From positions 1 through 18,414 of the forward strand of contig JAEOTQ010000081.1 in assembly GCA_016839785.1 (NCBI GenBank): a stretch of 18,414 nt of DNA, read 5' to 3'. Origin of the DNA: Candidatus Hodarchaeota archaeon (lineage in GTDB: Archaea > Asgardarchaeota > Heimdallarchaeia > Hodarchaeales > Hodarchaeaceae). The translations under genes were made by a program, and so were the position numbers. Below, piece by piece: positions 1 to 8,167 of the stretch; within the stretch, counting starts at the first letter, position 1; every line of letters starts with the position of its first letter. Under the pieces are notes generated by a model, which was not told where the DNA came from, did no database searches, and was given only the letters and a program-made list of their open reading frames with translations.

Positions 1-172
1 ACAGATGTTGGTATAATTTTTTTGTCATCACTTCGGAGTTGAAGAAGTAAGAGTGTGAGGCCTTTTAAGATTGTGACTGTGAGAGGTCATCGAATACGCG
101 AGCTGTCACTTTGTCGGACAAAAATGAGCATGTTTTTTAATAATATCCCTTTTCTCTCATCCTATTTGCATC

Positions 173-2047
173 TTAAAAAGTAATAACGTAAGCAAAGGAC
201 ATTGCTCTTTGAGTATACTCCTGTGGTGTGCCTTCGTTGAATTTCACCACAGTCCAGAAATGAATGGTTCTAATACCCATTTCCAAAATATCTATAGAAA
301 TAACTAATGTGGTAACACCACTTGAATCTGTGAAAACTGCGCCTAGGAACACCCCGTGATTCTCAATCCATTCTGAAGTGTTATCTTCTTTCATTCCTAG
401 GTAGAAACTTATATTCGCTCCCTGAATAGGTAACCAATTTGCCACTGATGGTATACCTATTAATCGAACTGAAATATTTACACTATCTCCATCATGGAGA
501 GTCGATCCATTTTCAAATTGACTATTATTTACAATGCATTTATCAAAAATCCAATCACCAGTTAATTGCGCATGGATGTGATCGATAGAGGCTTGGGCTA
601 ATCCATTCTCGTCGAGATTATAATCAGGACGAATGAAGATATGGTTTTCTGCACTTACTGTTGTAACTATATCGGAAGGAATCTCTAGGCCATATTGATG
701 TGCAAGATAGGGAAGTAGGGGATCAAAACTAATCCATTCAACATATTCATCACCAATAAATTCTGGGATTGGATCAACTGGGACAAGGGATTCAGTCCAT
801 GCATGCAAAAATTGGAACGTAAAAGCACGTTTCCCTCCATAGACATAAGAGTCGTTTCCTAGAAAATATCCGATTGCTATTCGGGAGGGGATGCCTTGAA
901 GCCGATTTATCAAAGCCAATGTAGAGGCAAAATGAACTGAAACTCCGCTTCTTCTCTGCATGAACCATTCGTTATAATCTTCATATTCGTCAGGATGAGG
1001 CATCGATCCTAATTGGTGCCTAAGCCCCATCTCTATATCGAATGTGAATCCTTGGTCGGAGAATTCTCTCATATTCTCATAGACTTGGGAAAAAACGGTA
1101 AGTGTCTCATCGCTCCATAAATTGGCCTCTTCAAAGACTGTAGGGGCCCATTCTTGATAAGTACTGATACCATTGGGGAGGTTCTGTGGAAGTTGTAAAT
1201 ACAATGTCTTGATAGATTCCCAAGTATTTGAGTCCAGATTGCATTTGAGGTAGTCTGAATCTGTTCGCATCAGTGAATAGGCCGCTGCGTCTTGGATGTT
1301 TGGTATTTGATAGTCTACGGTATATGAAAGTTCTCCCTGTCCTGAATAAGTGTCATCTAGTACTAAATCAGTATTTATACCCACAAGATCTTCTTTTAGA
1401 TATTTTGGATAAAATTCTTGGATTCTTTGCTGGATTGGTGTGATATAATTCATATCGCTATCAGTCAACAGCAAAGAATCTGAACTAACATACGACCCGA
1501 AACGGCCATTCGAAGGAACTGGCAATGTGTTAACAAAATTTGGGTGAATAGTTGCTAGACTAGATGGTCTACTAAGATTTACAGGTATACTCACTGAGTA
1601 CCGTGCGCTTCGTGACTGAGGAGGTATGATACGTGAGAATGTGTCATTGGGTTCCACTGGTACTGGAGAAAGGTTACGCTTGAGTAAATCTCCTTGATAC
1701 CAGTCACTATTATAAGGAGCTTTTCCCGAATATTCATACGTGTTTAAACTTCCCAGTCGCCAATATGCAGGAGGGTCTCTAGAATCAGAAAGATCATCAC
1801 TTGTTACATTAAATAAACTAACATCAGGAGTAGCTAATCCTGCAGTAAACTGATCCATAATATTCTCTTTGATATAGGTAGCGTCCCAAGTGGGTGTATT
1901 TAAAAAGTAATAATCACGATAATCTTCTTCTGGAGGTTCTCCATTTTTTTCCTCTTTTGGGGGCTTTATGCAACCTGTAATCATCAGGATTAAACAAAGA
2001 AGTAAAAATTGAATAAATATTCTCTGTCGATACGTAACCGCATCCAC
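173..2047 (-). CDS. Transglutaminase-like (TgpA/DUF3488-type) putative lipoprotein with catalytic Cys replaced by Ser
   Basis: 624 aa ORF with a hydrophobic N-terminus ending in a lipobox-like LMITGC. YWRLGSLNTY resembles the DUF3488 region. Transglutaminase core motifs: GVSVHFAST (usually GxCxxFA), GIPSRIAIGY, HAWTE, WISFDP. Confidence 0.85.
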   Translation of the reverse strand: MDAVTYRQRIFIQFLLLCLILMITGCIKPPKEEKNGEPPEEDYRDYYFLNTPTWDATYIKENIMDQFTAGLATPDVSLFNVTSDDLSDSRDPPAYWRLGSLNTYEYSGKAPYNSDWYQGDLLKRNLSPVPVEPNDTFSRIIPPQSRSARYSVSIPVNLSRPSSLATIHPNFVNTLPVPSNGRFGSYVSSDSLLLTDSDMNYITPIQQRIQEFYPKYLKEDLVGINTDLVLDDTYSGQGELSYTVDYQIPNIQDAAAYSLMRTDSDYLKCNLDSNTWESIKTLYLQLPQNLPNGISTYQEWAPTVFEEANLWSDETLTVFSQVYENMREFSDQGFTFDIEMGLRHQLGSMPHPDEYEDYNEWFMQRRSGVSVHFASTLALINRLQGIPSRIAIGYFLGNDSYVYGGKRAFTFQFLHAWTESLVPVDPIPEFIGDEYVEWISFDPLLPYLAHQYGLEIPSDIVTTVSAENHIFIRPDYNLDENGLAQASIDHIHAQLTGDWIFDKCIVNNSQFENGSTLHDGDSVNISVRLIGIPSVANWLPIQGANISFYLGMKEDNTSEWIENHGVFLGAVFTDSSGVTTLVISIDILEMGIRTIHFWTVVKFNEGTPQEYTQRAMSFAYVITF

Positions 2048-2300
2048 CTTCCTAGTAAAAAATTGTCTAGGAAAGGAGGGGCAGGATTATTAAGGTTTTT
2101 CATAAGCAATTATCACTGTTTTTCGTTTTCATCTGCAGTATGTATTCCATTTAGTAAAGCACCTGTTTAATAGGAAGAAAAATTACTAAAAAGCCTTCTT
2201 CTCTTTGATAAGGTCTTGAAGCATCACTCTTCATCTTGGTAGAATACCCAAAAAAACATATATACAAGAAGGTGCTGAATGATTCAGTCCCTAAAAGAAG

Positions 2301-2549
2301 GTGTTTGTAGTGAATCGAAAACCGCTCCTAGGGTTGGGATATATGGTAATTCTTTCGTTTTTGATTATCCTGGCGATTTCATTTTCAGAAAACATGCAAA
2401 TTTGGCAGATTACTACTCTCTGGTTCGGTTTTGGAGCATTATACACCCTACTTACCTATAATAGATTTAAACGCCCTCTAACTCTTGTTAAATCCATACA
2501 AATGCTGCAATATCAAGTATTCAAACGTGAGCTTCAGAGAGAGAAATGA
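2301..2549 (+). CDS. Small hypothetical membrane protein (2 TM helices, basic C-terminus)
   Basis: 82 aa ORF with GTG start and two hydrophobic stretches (LLGLGYMVILSFLIILAISF; ITTLWFGFGALYTLLTY). No family recognised. Confidence 0.45.
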   Translation: MFVVNRKPLLGLGYMVILSFLIILAISFSENMQIWQITTLWFGFGALYTLLTYNRFKRPLTLVKSIQMLQYQVFKRELQREK

Positions 2550-2609
2550 GAAACGCTGGATGTATTGGGTGATCATAACTCTCCGTTTTTTTGTGATGTC
2601 TAAGAATAT

Positions 2610-2815
2610 GACTCCTAAGTAAACGAGAGGACTGACCATTTCCACACTAATTTAAGATTAGAGGCCCGTGTGCGATGAGTGTCCGCTTTTAAAGATCCGT
2701 TTCGTGTTTTCTTTTGAAGAAAGCATGCATCGCTTATCGGTTAGTGCGTGGCGGTCGGGCAGTACCCTTCTGGATAACCCGTAGACTAGAGGCGCCCATA
2801 TCCTGTTCCTCTCGT
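2610..2815 (+). repeat. Intergenic structured element, copy 1 (long, variant extension)
   Basis: GACTCCTAAG at 2610, core AACGAGAGGACTGACCATTTCCAC at 2622-2645, hairpin CTAAT-ttaag-ATTAG, then GCCCGTGTGCGATGAGTG. A GC-richer extension ends in TCCTCTCGT (2807-2815), complementary to core 2623-2631. Confidence 0.9.
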
Positions 2816-2954
2816 ACTGAGGACACGTTCCTCTCACGAATCCAACACGTCCGTAGAGAATCGCTAAACCCGAAAAATTCCATGAGAACGAAATGTCAAG
2901 GTCGGTATTCTTAAAAATGAGGGAAACCATGAGAAATAACAATTACAAGTTGGA

Positions 2955-4334
2955 GTGGAAAGACTTCTGATCAAAGAGCGTTCATTTCATTCGAAGTTTT
3001 TAATCTTCTTGGTCCTGACAGGCGTAATAAAGCTCTCGTTTCAGATTTCTACGATTGCTACAATTACTACAAATCAATCAAGTCAATTGTGTTTAGAATC
3101 TCCGGGGCTTGCAAATCAAAAAAAACACCCAAGAATGCACAATCTCAACATCCCACCTAGATCAGGATTGCTCCTTAGTACACGAAGAATAAGCGAAGAT
3201 ATGATCAATTCTCCTATTAGAATTCAGTCTGAAGCTCAGCTTCTTGAGTTAGGATTGCCAGGGAAGGGAACTCAGGAAGACCCATATTTGATATCTGGAC
3301 TGGTAATACAAGAAGATTTCGAACCATATTCGCGCGGTATCGCAATCAATAATACAAAATCATTCATTAAGATTATGAACTGCTCGGTCACAGGTCGGAC
3401 AGCTTTAGAGATAGAAAACGCCGCGAATTTAATCATAGCTAATTGTGAGTTCCAAGCGATGTGGTTTGATTTGAGAATAAGCCAGTGTCATAATCTACAG
3501 ATTTATAATAATACGGGTTATGAATCAGCTTCAATAGGAGATAGTCCAGAAATCTCAATATCTAGGAGTTATGATATTGCGTTCTTTAAGAATACTTGCC
3601 CGAGTATTAAGGTGTACAGGGGTAGTAACATTAACTTAACGGAGAATCTATTTAGGAATGACAATTACATTGCAATTGCGATATCGGGATCAAACAATAC
3701 TCGAATTGTGAATAATTACTGTGTGAATCCAGGAAATACAGGGATAAATCTATATGAAAGCAGTCAGTGTTCCATAGTCAACAATTTTTGCAATAGGTCA
3801 AAGACAGGGATTAGTTTAGAGTTTGGATGCGATACTAACAAAATCAGTAATAATACAATATTAAATTGTAGTCGGGGAATTTCCATCCATGGAGCAGCAG
3901 AAGAAAATATCATTAAAGAGAATATCGTAATTGGAAATTTCTGGGGGATCATTGTTGAACCAGACGGGAGAAATATATTCTATAAGATCTTCCCTGCGAA
4001 CAATCAAGTCTTTAAAAATGTCTTTCAGGACAGTCGCCGTCAAGGAGGATATGATTTAGGGACAAAAAATGTATACAGGTACAATTATTGGGGAGACTGG
4101 GTGACAAATTCCTCGGATGACAATCACGATGGAATTCTAGACGACCCCTATCCATTAGAAGGAGGAAAGAATTATGATCCATACCCCCTGGCTTCGAGAC
4201 AGGCGCTAGAAGATATTACAATCAGTTCGATCACCATTCCACCCTCTACTGGTATAGCCCAAAAAGAGATCATTTTGGGAGGGGCCATCATCATAGGCTT
4301 TTTGGTGGTTCGGATTTACCGAAAAAGAAAGTAG
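2955..4334 (+). CDS. Exported right-handed parallel beta-helix (NosD/CASH, pectin-lyase-like) protein with C-terminal membrane anchor
   Basis: N-terminal hydrophobic segment; GKGTQEDPYLI motif; repeated GIxL..S.NN.I.NN beta-helix units; NYWGDW...DGILDDPY...DPYPL; C-terminal TM followed by RKRK. Confidence 0.85.
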   Translation: MERLLIKERSFHSKFLIFLVLTGVIKLSFQISTIATITTNQSSQLCLESPGLANQKKHPRMHNLNIPPRSGLLLSTRRISEDMINSPIRIQSEAQLLELGLPGKGTQEDPYLISGLVIQEDFEPYSRGIAINNTKSFIKIMNCSVTGRTALEIENAANLIIANCEFQAMWFDLRISQCHNLQIYNNTGYESASIGDSPEISISRSYDIAFFKNTCPSIKVYRGSNINLTENLFRNDNYIAIAISGSNNTRIVNNYCVNPGNTGINLYESSQCSIVNNFCNRSKTGISLEFGCDTNKISNNTILNCSRGISIHGAAEENIIKENIVIGNFWGIIVEPDGRNIFYKIFPANNQVFKNVFQDSRRQGGYDLGTKNVYRYNYWGDWVTNSSDDNHDGILDDPYPLEGGKNYDPYPLASRQALEDITISSITIPPSTGIAQKEIILGGAIIIGFLVVRIYRKRK

Positions 4335-4409
4335 ATTCCCTTCTCAATGAAAAAATTGATCTCATCAATTTTGGAAATTCAAGAAAATGTCTTTCTCCCT
4401 TAAATCAAA

Positions 4410-4535
4410 GTGATCACCAGACATAAGAGCAGAAAGCCCTTGAACACAGTCTATTAGACTCCTAAAGGCTATTATTTCTAAATAAACGAGAGGACTGACC
4501 ATTTCCACAATGTTAAAAGACAATAGTCCCATGGA
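4410..4535 (+). repeat. Intergenic structured element, copy 2
   Basis: AGACATAAGAGCAGAA 4419-4434, GACTCCTAAAGG 4457-4468, core AACGAGAGGACTGACCATTTCCAC 4485-4508 (identical to copy 1 core). Confidence 0.9.
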
Positions 4536-4613
4536 TGTTCGAAATAAAGATATTTATTCTGACATTTCTCGGTCCTTGGAATATTTTGACAAATAAATTT
4601 CTATAAACTCGTT

Positions 4614-6542
4614 TCAATAAACAGAACCGAGGTGCTTTCGATATTGTCTCTGCTGCTCGAAAGAATTGTGAATGAAGTAATACAAAGTAAAAACTAAAAT
4701 ATTTAGATAAAGGAACATACGAGGTTTGATCACAAGAAAAGTTCCATTGAGTAAATTATGGAATATAATAAAAATAAGAGTAATGAAAACAGAATATTTG
4801 TGAATAGTACGCAGGATTTTTCGATAAGATCTAACTTCTAAGACCAGAAGAAGACCAGAAACAGTAAAAATTATCCCAGAAATAAAACCAAGTGTTGCTA
4901 GTAATTGTCCCACATCATAACGGGTTGTAGGAAAAGCAAAAAATACGCTTGGAAAATCAAGAATAGCTGATAAATAGGAGGTCACATCTGAGAACTCCGA
5001 AAGAGATTTCACATGTCCATGCAAAACCATGTAATGAAATACAATAGATATTGCAAGGAGGGAGCCAGAAAAATAATGAAACCATAAAACTTGCTGTCTT
5101 AACCGTCGTTTCAATACAGGGAGGGTTAGATAAAAGCTAGTATAGAACAAAATGAAGGAAAATAATCCAATATAATGGCCAATTTCAGACAAAGGTATGA
5201 AAAGGCCAGTTTCTTGGTCAAAAAACGCAGGGATTAACCCAATCGGAAGAATATAAAAGGGAGTATGTGAGTCAGGAATCTCTAATAACTGAGCAACACC
5301 CCCTTCACTAAACGCACCGATAACAACTGTCCCCAGAGAGTGAGTAGCACATTTAAGATAAATGTTTTGGGCGATAATACCGATAATAGACATCAATCTA
5401 CGATATGAAAGATCAGGATTAGATTGTTGATCCATCCAAGTCATATTAGCAGATATAATTACATTGAGTTGAGCAGATTCAACCCAAGATTGATCTAACG
5501 CTACCTTTCTCAAGGAATTACGTGCATCTCCCTCGTAAAAGTGCATAAGAGAATGATTAGTCAAGGAGTAAGAATATATACCCATAGATAATCCTTTTAC
5601 TTCACCAACAACTAAACGAATATCGATAATGGATACATTTTCTGTGGGAAAATTAACATCTATGCTGTCATTCAAGATATCACTAATAATCGAAAGGGGG
5701 ATTAATCCACTAACATAGTCCCGAGTGGATTTGCGTTTCGCAATAGCTTGCTCTACAGTCATTTCTTCCGTATTTATCACGGATTGAACATCTAACTTCG
5801 AAAATCTCTTTAATTTACCCTGATCTTGACCAACAGGTAATATCATAAGAGGTTGTAATGATATGTGCAGCAATTCTTTAACTCGTGAGGCATTAAAATC
5901 TGAAATTATCCAGGTGTTTAAATTCAAAGAGGACAGTTGGAGAAGAAAATTCTGAAGAGCATGACCTACCTCTAAATGGACATACTGAATTCCTCTTGTG
6001 CCATAACGATCTGTAGTTCGATTAAAATCTACAATAATGTAGAATATAGTAGTAATATTAGAAACAGAATTCTGATCTTCACTCAAAAGAGCAGGTACTA
6101 ATTGAGATTCGTTATTAATAGAAGAATGTAGCTTTAAAACGTGTTCATCGGAATTATAACTATAGTATCCACTACTGAAATGAGAATTTCCATTTTGTTG
6201 TATAAAAATCTTTAATGGATAAGTAGCACCTGCAGAAGGAACGGTTCGAAACCCTGGACCATGAGTGGTACCTTGTAACGCCCACAGGAGCTGAGACAGT
6301 TCTTCAACACTTAGATCATGAGGATACAAATTAGTAGTTACCTTTGATTGATGAATAGCAGTACTTAAGGGAAGATGACCAATTAAATCAGGTTCAGGTA
6401 AAGCTAAATTATCGGATTCGAAGGGAATGAATTCTATGATGATAGCTAATATGGAGAAAACAAGGACAACTGCTGCAACTACTAATTTCAGCTGTGTAAC
6501 GGTTGGAAAGGCGGTTTTCATAATTGATGGCAACTTAAACAA
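4614..6542 (-). CDS. Tandem SagB/ThcOx-type nitroreductase domains fused to a C-terminal ferric-reductase/cytochrome b-like membrane domain
   Basis: LSQLLWALQG, RTVPSAGATYPL, RYGTRGIQYVHLEVGHALQN. The second domain has AIAKRKSTRDY and IAQNIYLKCATHSLGTVVIGAF. C-terminal TM helices carry two H-x13-H pairs. The start codon is uncertain (TTG, or the downstream ATG of MKTAF). Confidence 0.85.
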   Translation of the reverse strand: MFKLPSIMKTAFPTVTQLKLVVAAVVLVFSILAIIIEFIPFESDNLALPEPDLIGHLPLSTAIHQSKVTTNLYPHDLSVEELSQLLWALQGTTHGPGFRTVPSAGATYPLKIFIQQNGNSHFSSGYYSYNSDEHVLKLHSSINNESQLVPALLSEDQNSVSNITTIFYIIVDFNRTTDRYGTRGIQYVHLEVGHALQNFLLQLSSLNLNTWIISDFNASRVKELLHISLQPLMILPVGQDQGKLKRFSKLDVQSVINTEEMTVEQAIAKRKSTRDYVSGLIPLSIISDILNDSIDVNFPTENVSIIDIRLVVGEVKGLSMGIYSYSLTNHSLMHFYEGDARNSLRKVALDQSWVESAQLNVIISANMTWMDQQSNPDLSYRRLMSIIGIIAQNIYLKCATHSLGTVVIGAFSEGGVAQLLEIPDSHTPFYILPIGLIPAFFDQETGLFIPLSEIGHYIGLFSFILFYTSFYLTLPVLKRRLRQQVLWFHYFSGSLLAISIVFHYMVLHGHVKSLSEFSDVTSYLSAILDFPSVFFAFPTTRYDVGQLLATLGFISGIIFTVSGLLLVLEVRSYRKILRTIHKYSVFITLIFIIFHNLLNGTFLVIKPRMFLYLNILVFTLYYFIHNSFEQQRQYRKHLGSVY

Positions 6543-6590
6543 CGATGAGCAAACAAGAAAATAATTGAAGACGAAACTTCTCCTACTTCC

Positions 6591-6740
6591 TCATTCAGAT
6601 TCGTCTTGTTCCTTTTCCTTGGAAGTACGAGGGATTTTTTCTTTCATCTTGCGTTTGGTATCTTCAATCTGCTCTATAACTTCTTTATTAATATCTCCTT
6701 TTTTTGATTTGCGAATAAAAGGAGGTTTTTTCCTAAACAT
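6591..6740 (-). CDS. Small highly charged hypothetical protein (49 aa), not in the supplied ORF track
   Basis: Manual translation: MFRKKPPFIRKSKKGDINKEVIEQIEDTKRKMKEKIPRTSKEKEQDESE*. ATG at 6740, TGA at 6593-6591. Co-directional with, and just upstream of, the nitroreductase gene. Confidence 0.5.
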   Translation of the reverse strand: MFRKKPPFIRKSKKGDINKEVIEQIEDTKRKMKEKIPRTSKEKEQDESE

Positions 6741-6851
6741 TCTCTTTCTCAAGTAAATCATTCTGAATTAATCCTTTTAAAGGTACCTTCCGGATTTATA
6801 TTCCTTGTCGGCGTATTCTTCAGCTTAGATAATTGTCTCGGAAATCCTTTT

Positions 6852-6916
6852 AACGAGAGGCCTGAAAATTTCCACACTAATTGGGAATTAGTAGCCCTTG
6901 TGCGATTAGTGGCAGC
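6852..6916 (+). repeat. Intergenic structured element, copy 3
   Basis: Core AACGAGAGGCCTGAAAATTTCCAC 6852-6875, perfect hairpin ACTAATT-ggg-AATTAGT 6876-6892, then AGCCCTTGTGCGATTAGTGGCAGC. Confidence 0.9.
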
Positions 6917-7135
6917 TATGAATCTATGGTATGTTAAAGGAAAAAGTGAAGAGAATCGATCACCACTGGGATAAATATCGGAAAAAGAGACGATCTCTGT
7001 TTCAGGTTAAATTTTGCCTTCTTAACATTAGATAAAAATGAAATGGTTCTCAAACTTCATAAAGAGAGTGAATGATACTTCAGTAAGAAGAAATTTTGAA
7101 TTCATCAGTTATATATAATCAACTATCCGTAACTT

Positions 7136-7675
7136 ATGAGGGAACAATTGACTGATATTAATCAAAAGAATAAGTATATAATTCGAGTCTCTTTATTATG
7201 CCATCCTGAGGACCTACTGTTCCCGTTAATCCGTGCATTGATTCAAAAATATAAAGGACAAACGACAAATCAAACATTTGACGACTTAACTCTCACTGCT
7301 TCAACAATAAACATCCGGATTGCAAATAGAATTGTAAAAGTGATTTTAGTTCAACCTATTGGTCGTGGATTCTTTAACAAAATGTTCGGTCACCACTTTC
7401 GTTCTAGTGGAGCCATTATTGCATTTTCAAAAGATAACAATGATTCATTTGAAGCATCAAGGGCCTTATACCAGCGTTTCAAGGATATCAATACTGCTGA
7501 TGTTCCAATTGCATTTGTTGGGATCCAAGAGTCACCTGATGACCTTGTTACTGAGGAAGCAATCCAGCTGGAGGTTGGTACCTCTGAATTCTATTATTTC
7601 ATTCAGCATAATGATTTCGAAGTATTAGGGAAAATCCTCCTCTCCTTAGTAACAAAAATCTTCACACCAGCTTAG
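7136..7675 (+). CDS. Small Rab/Arf-like GTPase-fold protein with degenerate nucleotide-binding motifs
   Basis: 179 aa. YIIRVSLL (beta1), VKVILVQPIGRGFF (G3 region), SSGAIIAFSKDNNDSFE and DVPIAFVG align by eye with the Rab pattern GASGAIIVFD..N.ESF / VPIVLVGNK. GxxxxGKS, DxxG and NKxD are absent. Confidence 0.7.
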   Translation: MREQLTDINQKNKYIIRVSLLCHPEDLLFPLIRALIQKYKGQTTNQTFDDLTLTASTINIRIANRIVKVILVQPIGRGFFNKMFGHHFRSSGAIIAFSKDNNDSFEASRALYQRFKDINTADVPIAFVGIQESPDDLVTEEAIQLEVGTSEFYYFIQHNDFEVLGKILLSLVTKIFTPA

Positions 7676-7749
7676 CAGTTGTTATTTACAGCTACATATA
7701 GGTATGGAAATAGAGAATTAGTAAGAATTGAGAAAATTAAAAGAGAGAA

Positions 7750-7895
7750 GGACCACTAGACATAAGACCAGAATTTGCTTTAAAAACAACACACACTCTC
7801 TTTGACTCCTGAAGGCTTTTTTTTCAAAAAAAACGAGAGGACTGACAATTTCCACATTGTTTCCAAAACAATAGCCCGTGGGCGATTCGTGGGAG
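7750..7895 (+). repeat. Intergenic structured element, copy 4
   Basis: AGACATAAGACCAGAA 7758-7773, GACTCCTGAAGG 7804-7815, core 7832-7855, perfect hairpin ATTGTTT-cca-AAACAAT 7856-7872, AGCCCGTGGGCGATTCGTGGGAG. Confidence 0.9.
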
Positions 7896-8167
7896 TAAAT
7901 ATGAATCATCCGATAAATTCTCTAGATAAGCCTATATCACGGCTTGACCAGTACACTTGGACTTTGTAGAAGAATACAGAACATGGCAGTAAATAATGAA
8001 AGTATACTGGAAATCAGTATAATGGGCAATAATATGAAAATAAGTACGCACTTTGGCAGTTCCTATAGATATAACAAGTATTGGTTACAAATCGTATCTA
8101 ACAAAAATCTTATAAGAGAAAAGTTGGCTTAAGAGAATACCAACATGGATTACTGGGACGCCCGAAG

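Noticed and set aside
6565-6756. 63-aa plus-strand ORF
   Set aside because: It is the antisense shadow of the more protein-like minus-strand ORF 6591-6740.
7718-7909. 63-aa minus-strand ORF, and likewise 2658-2942 and 2714-2914, overlapping the element
   Set aside because: The equivalent frame contains stops and indels in other copies, so these are probably chance ORFs across a non-coding element.
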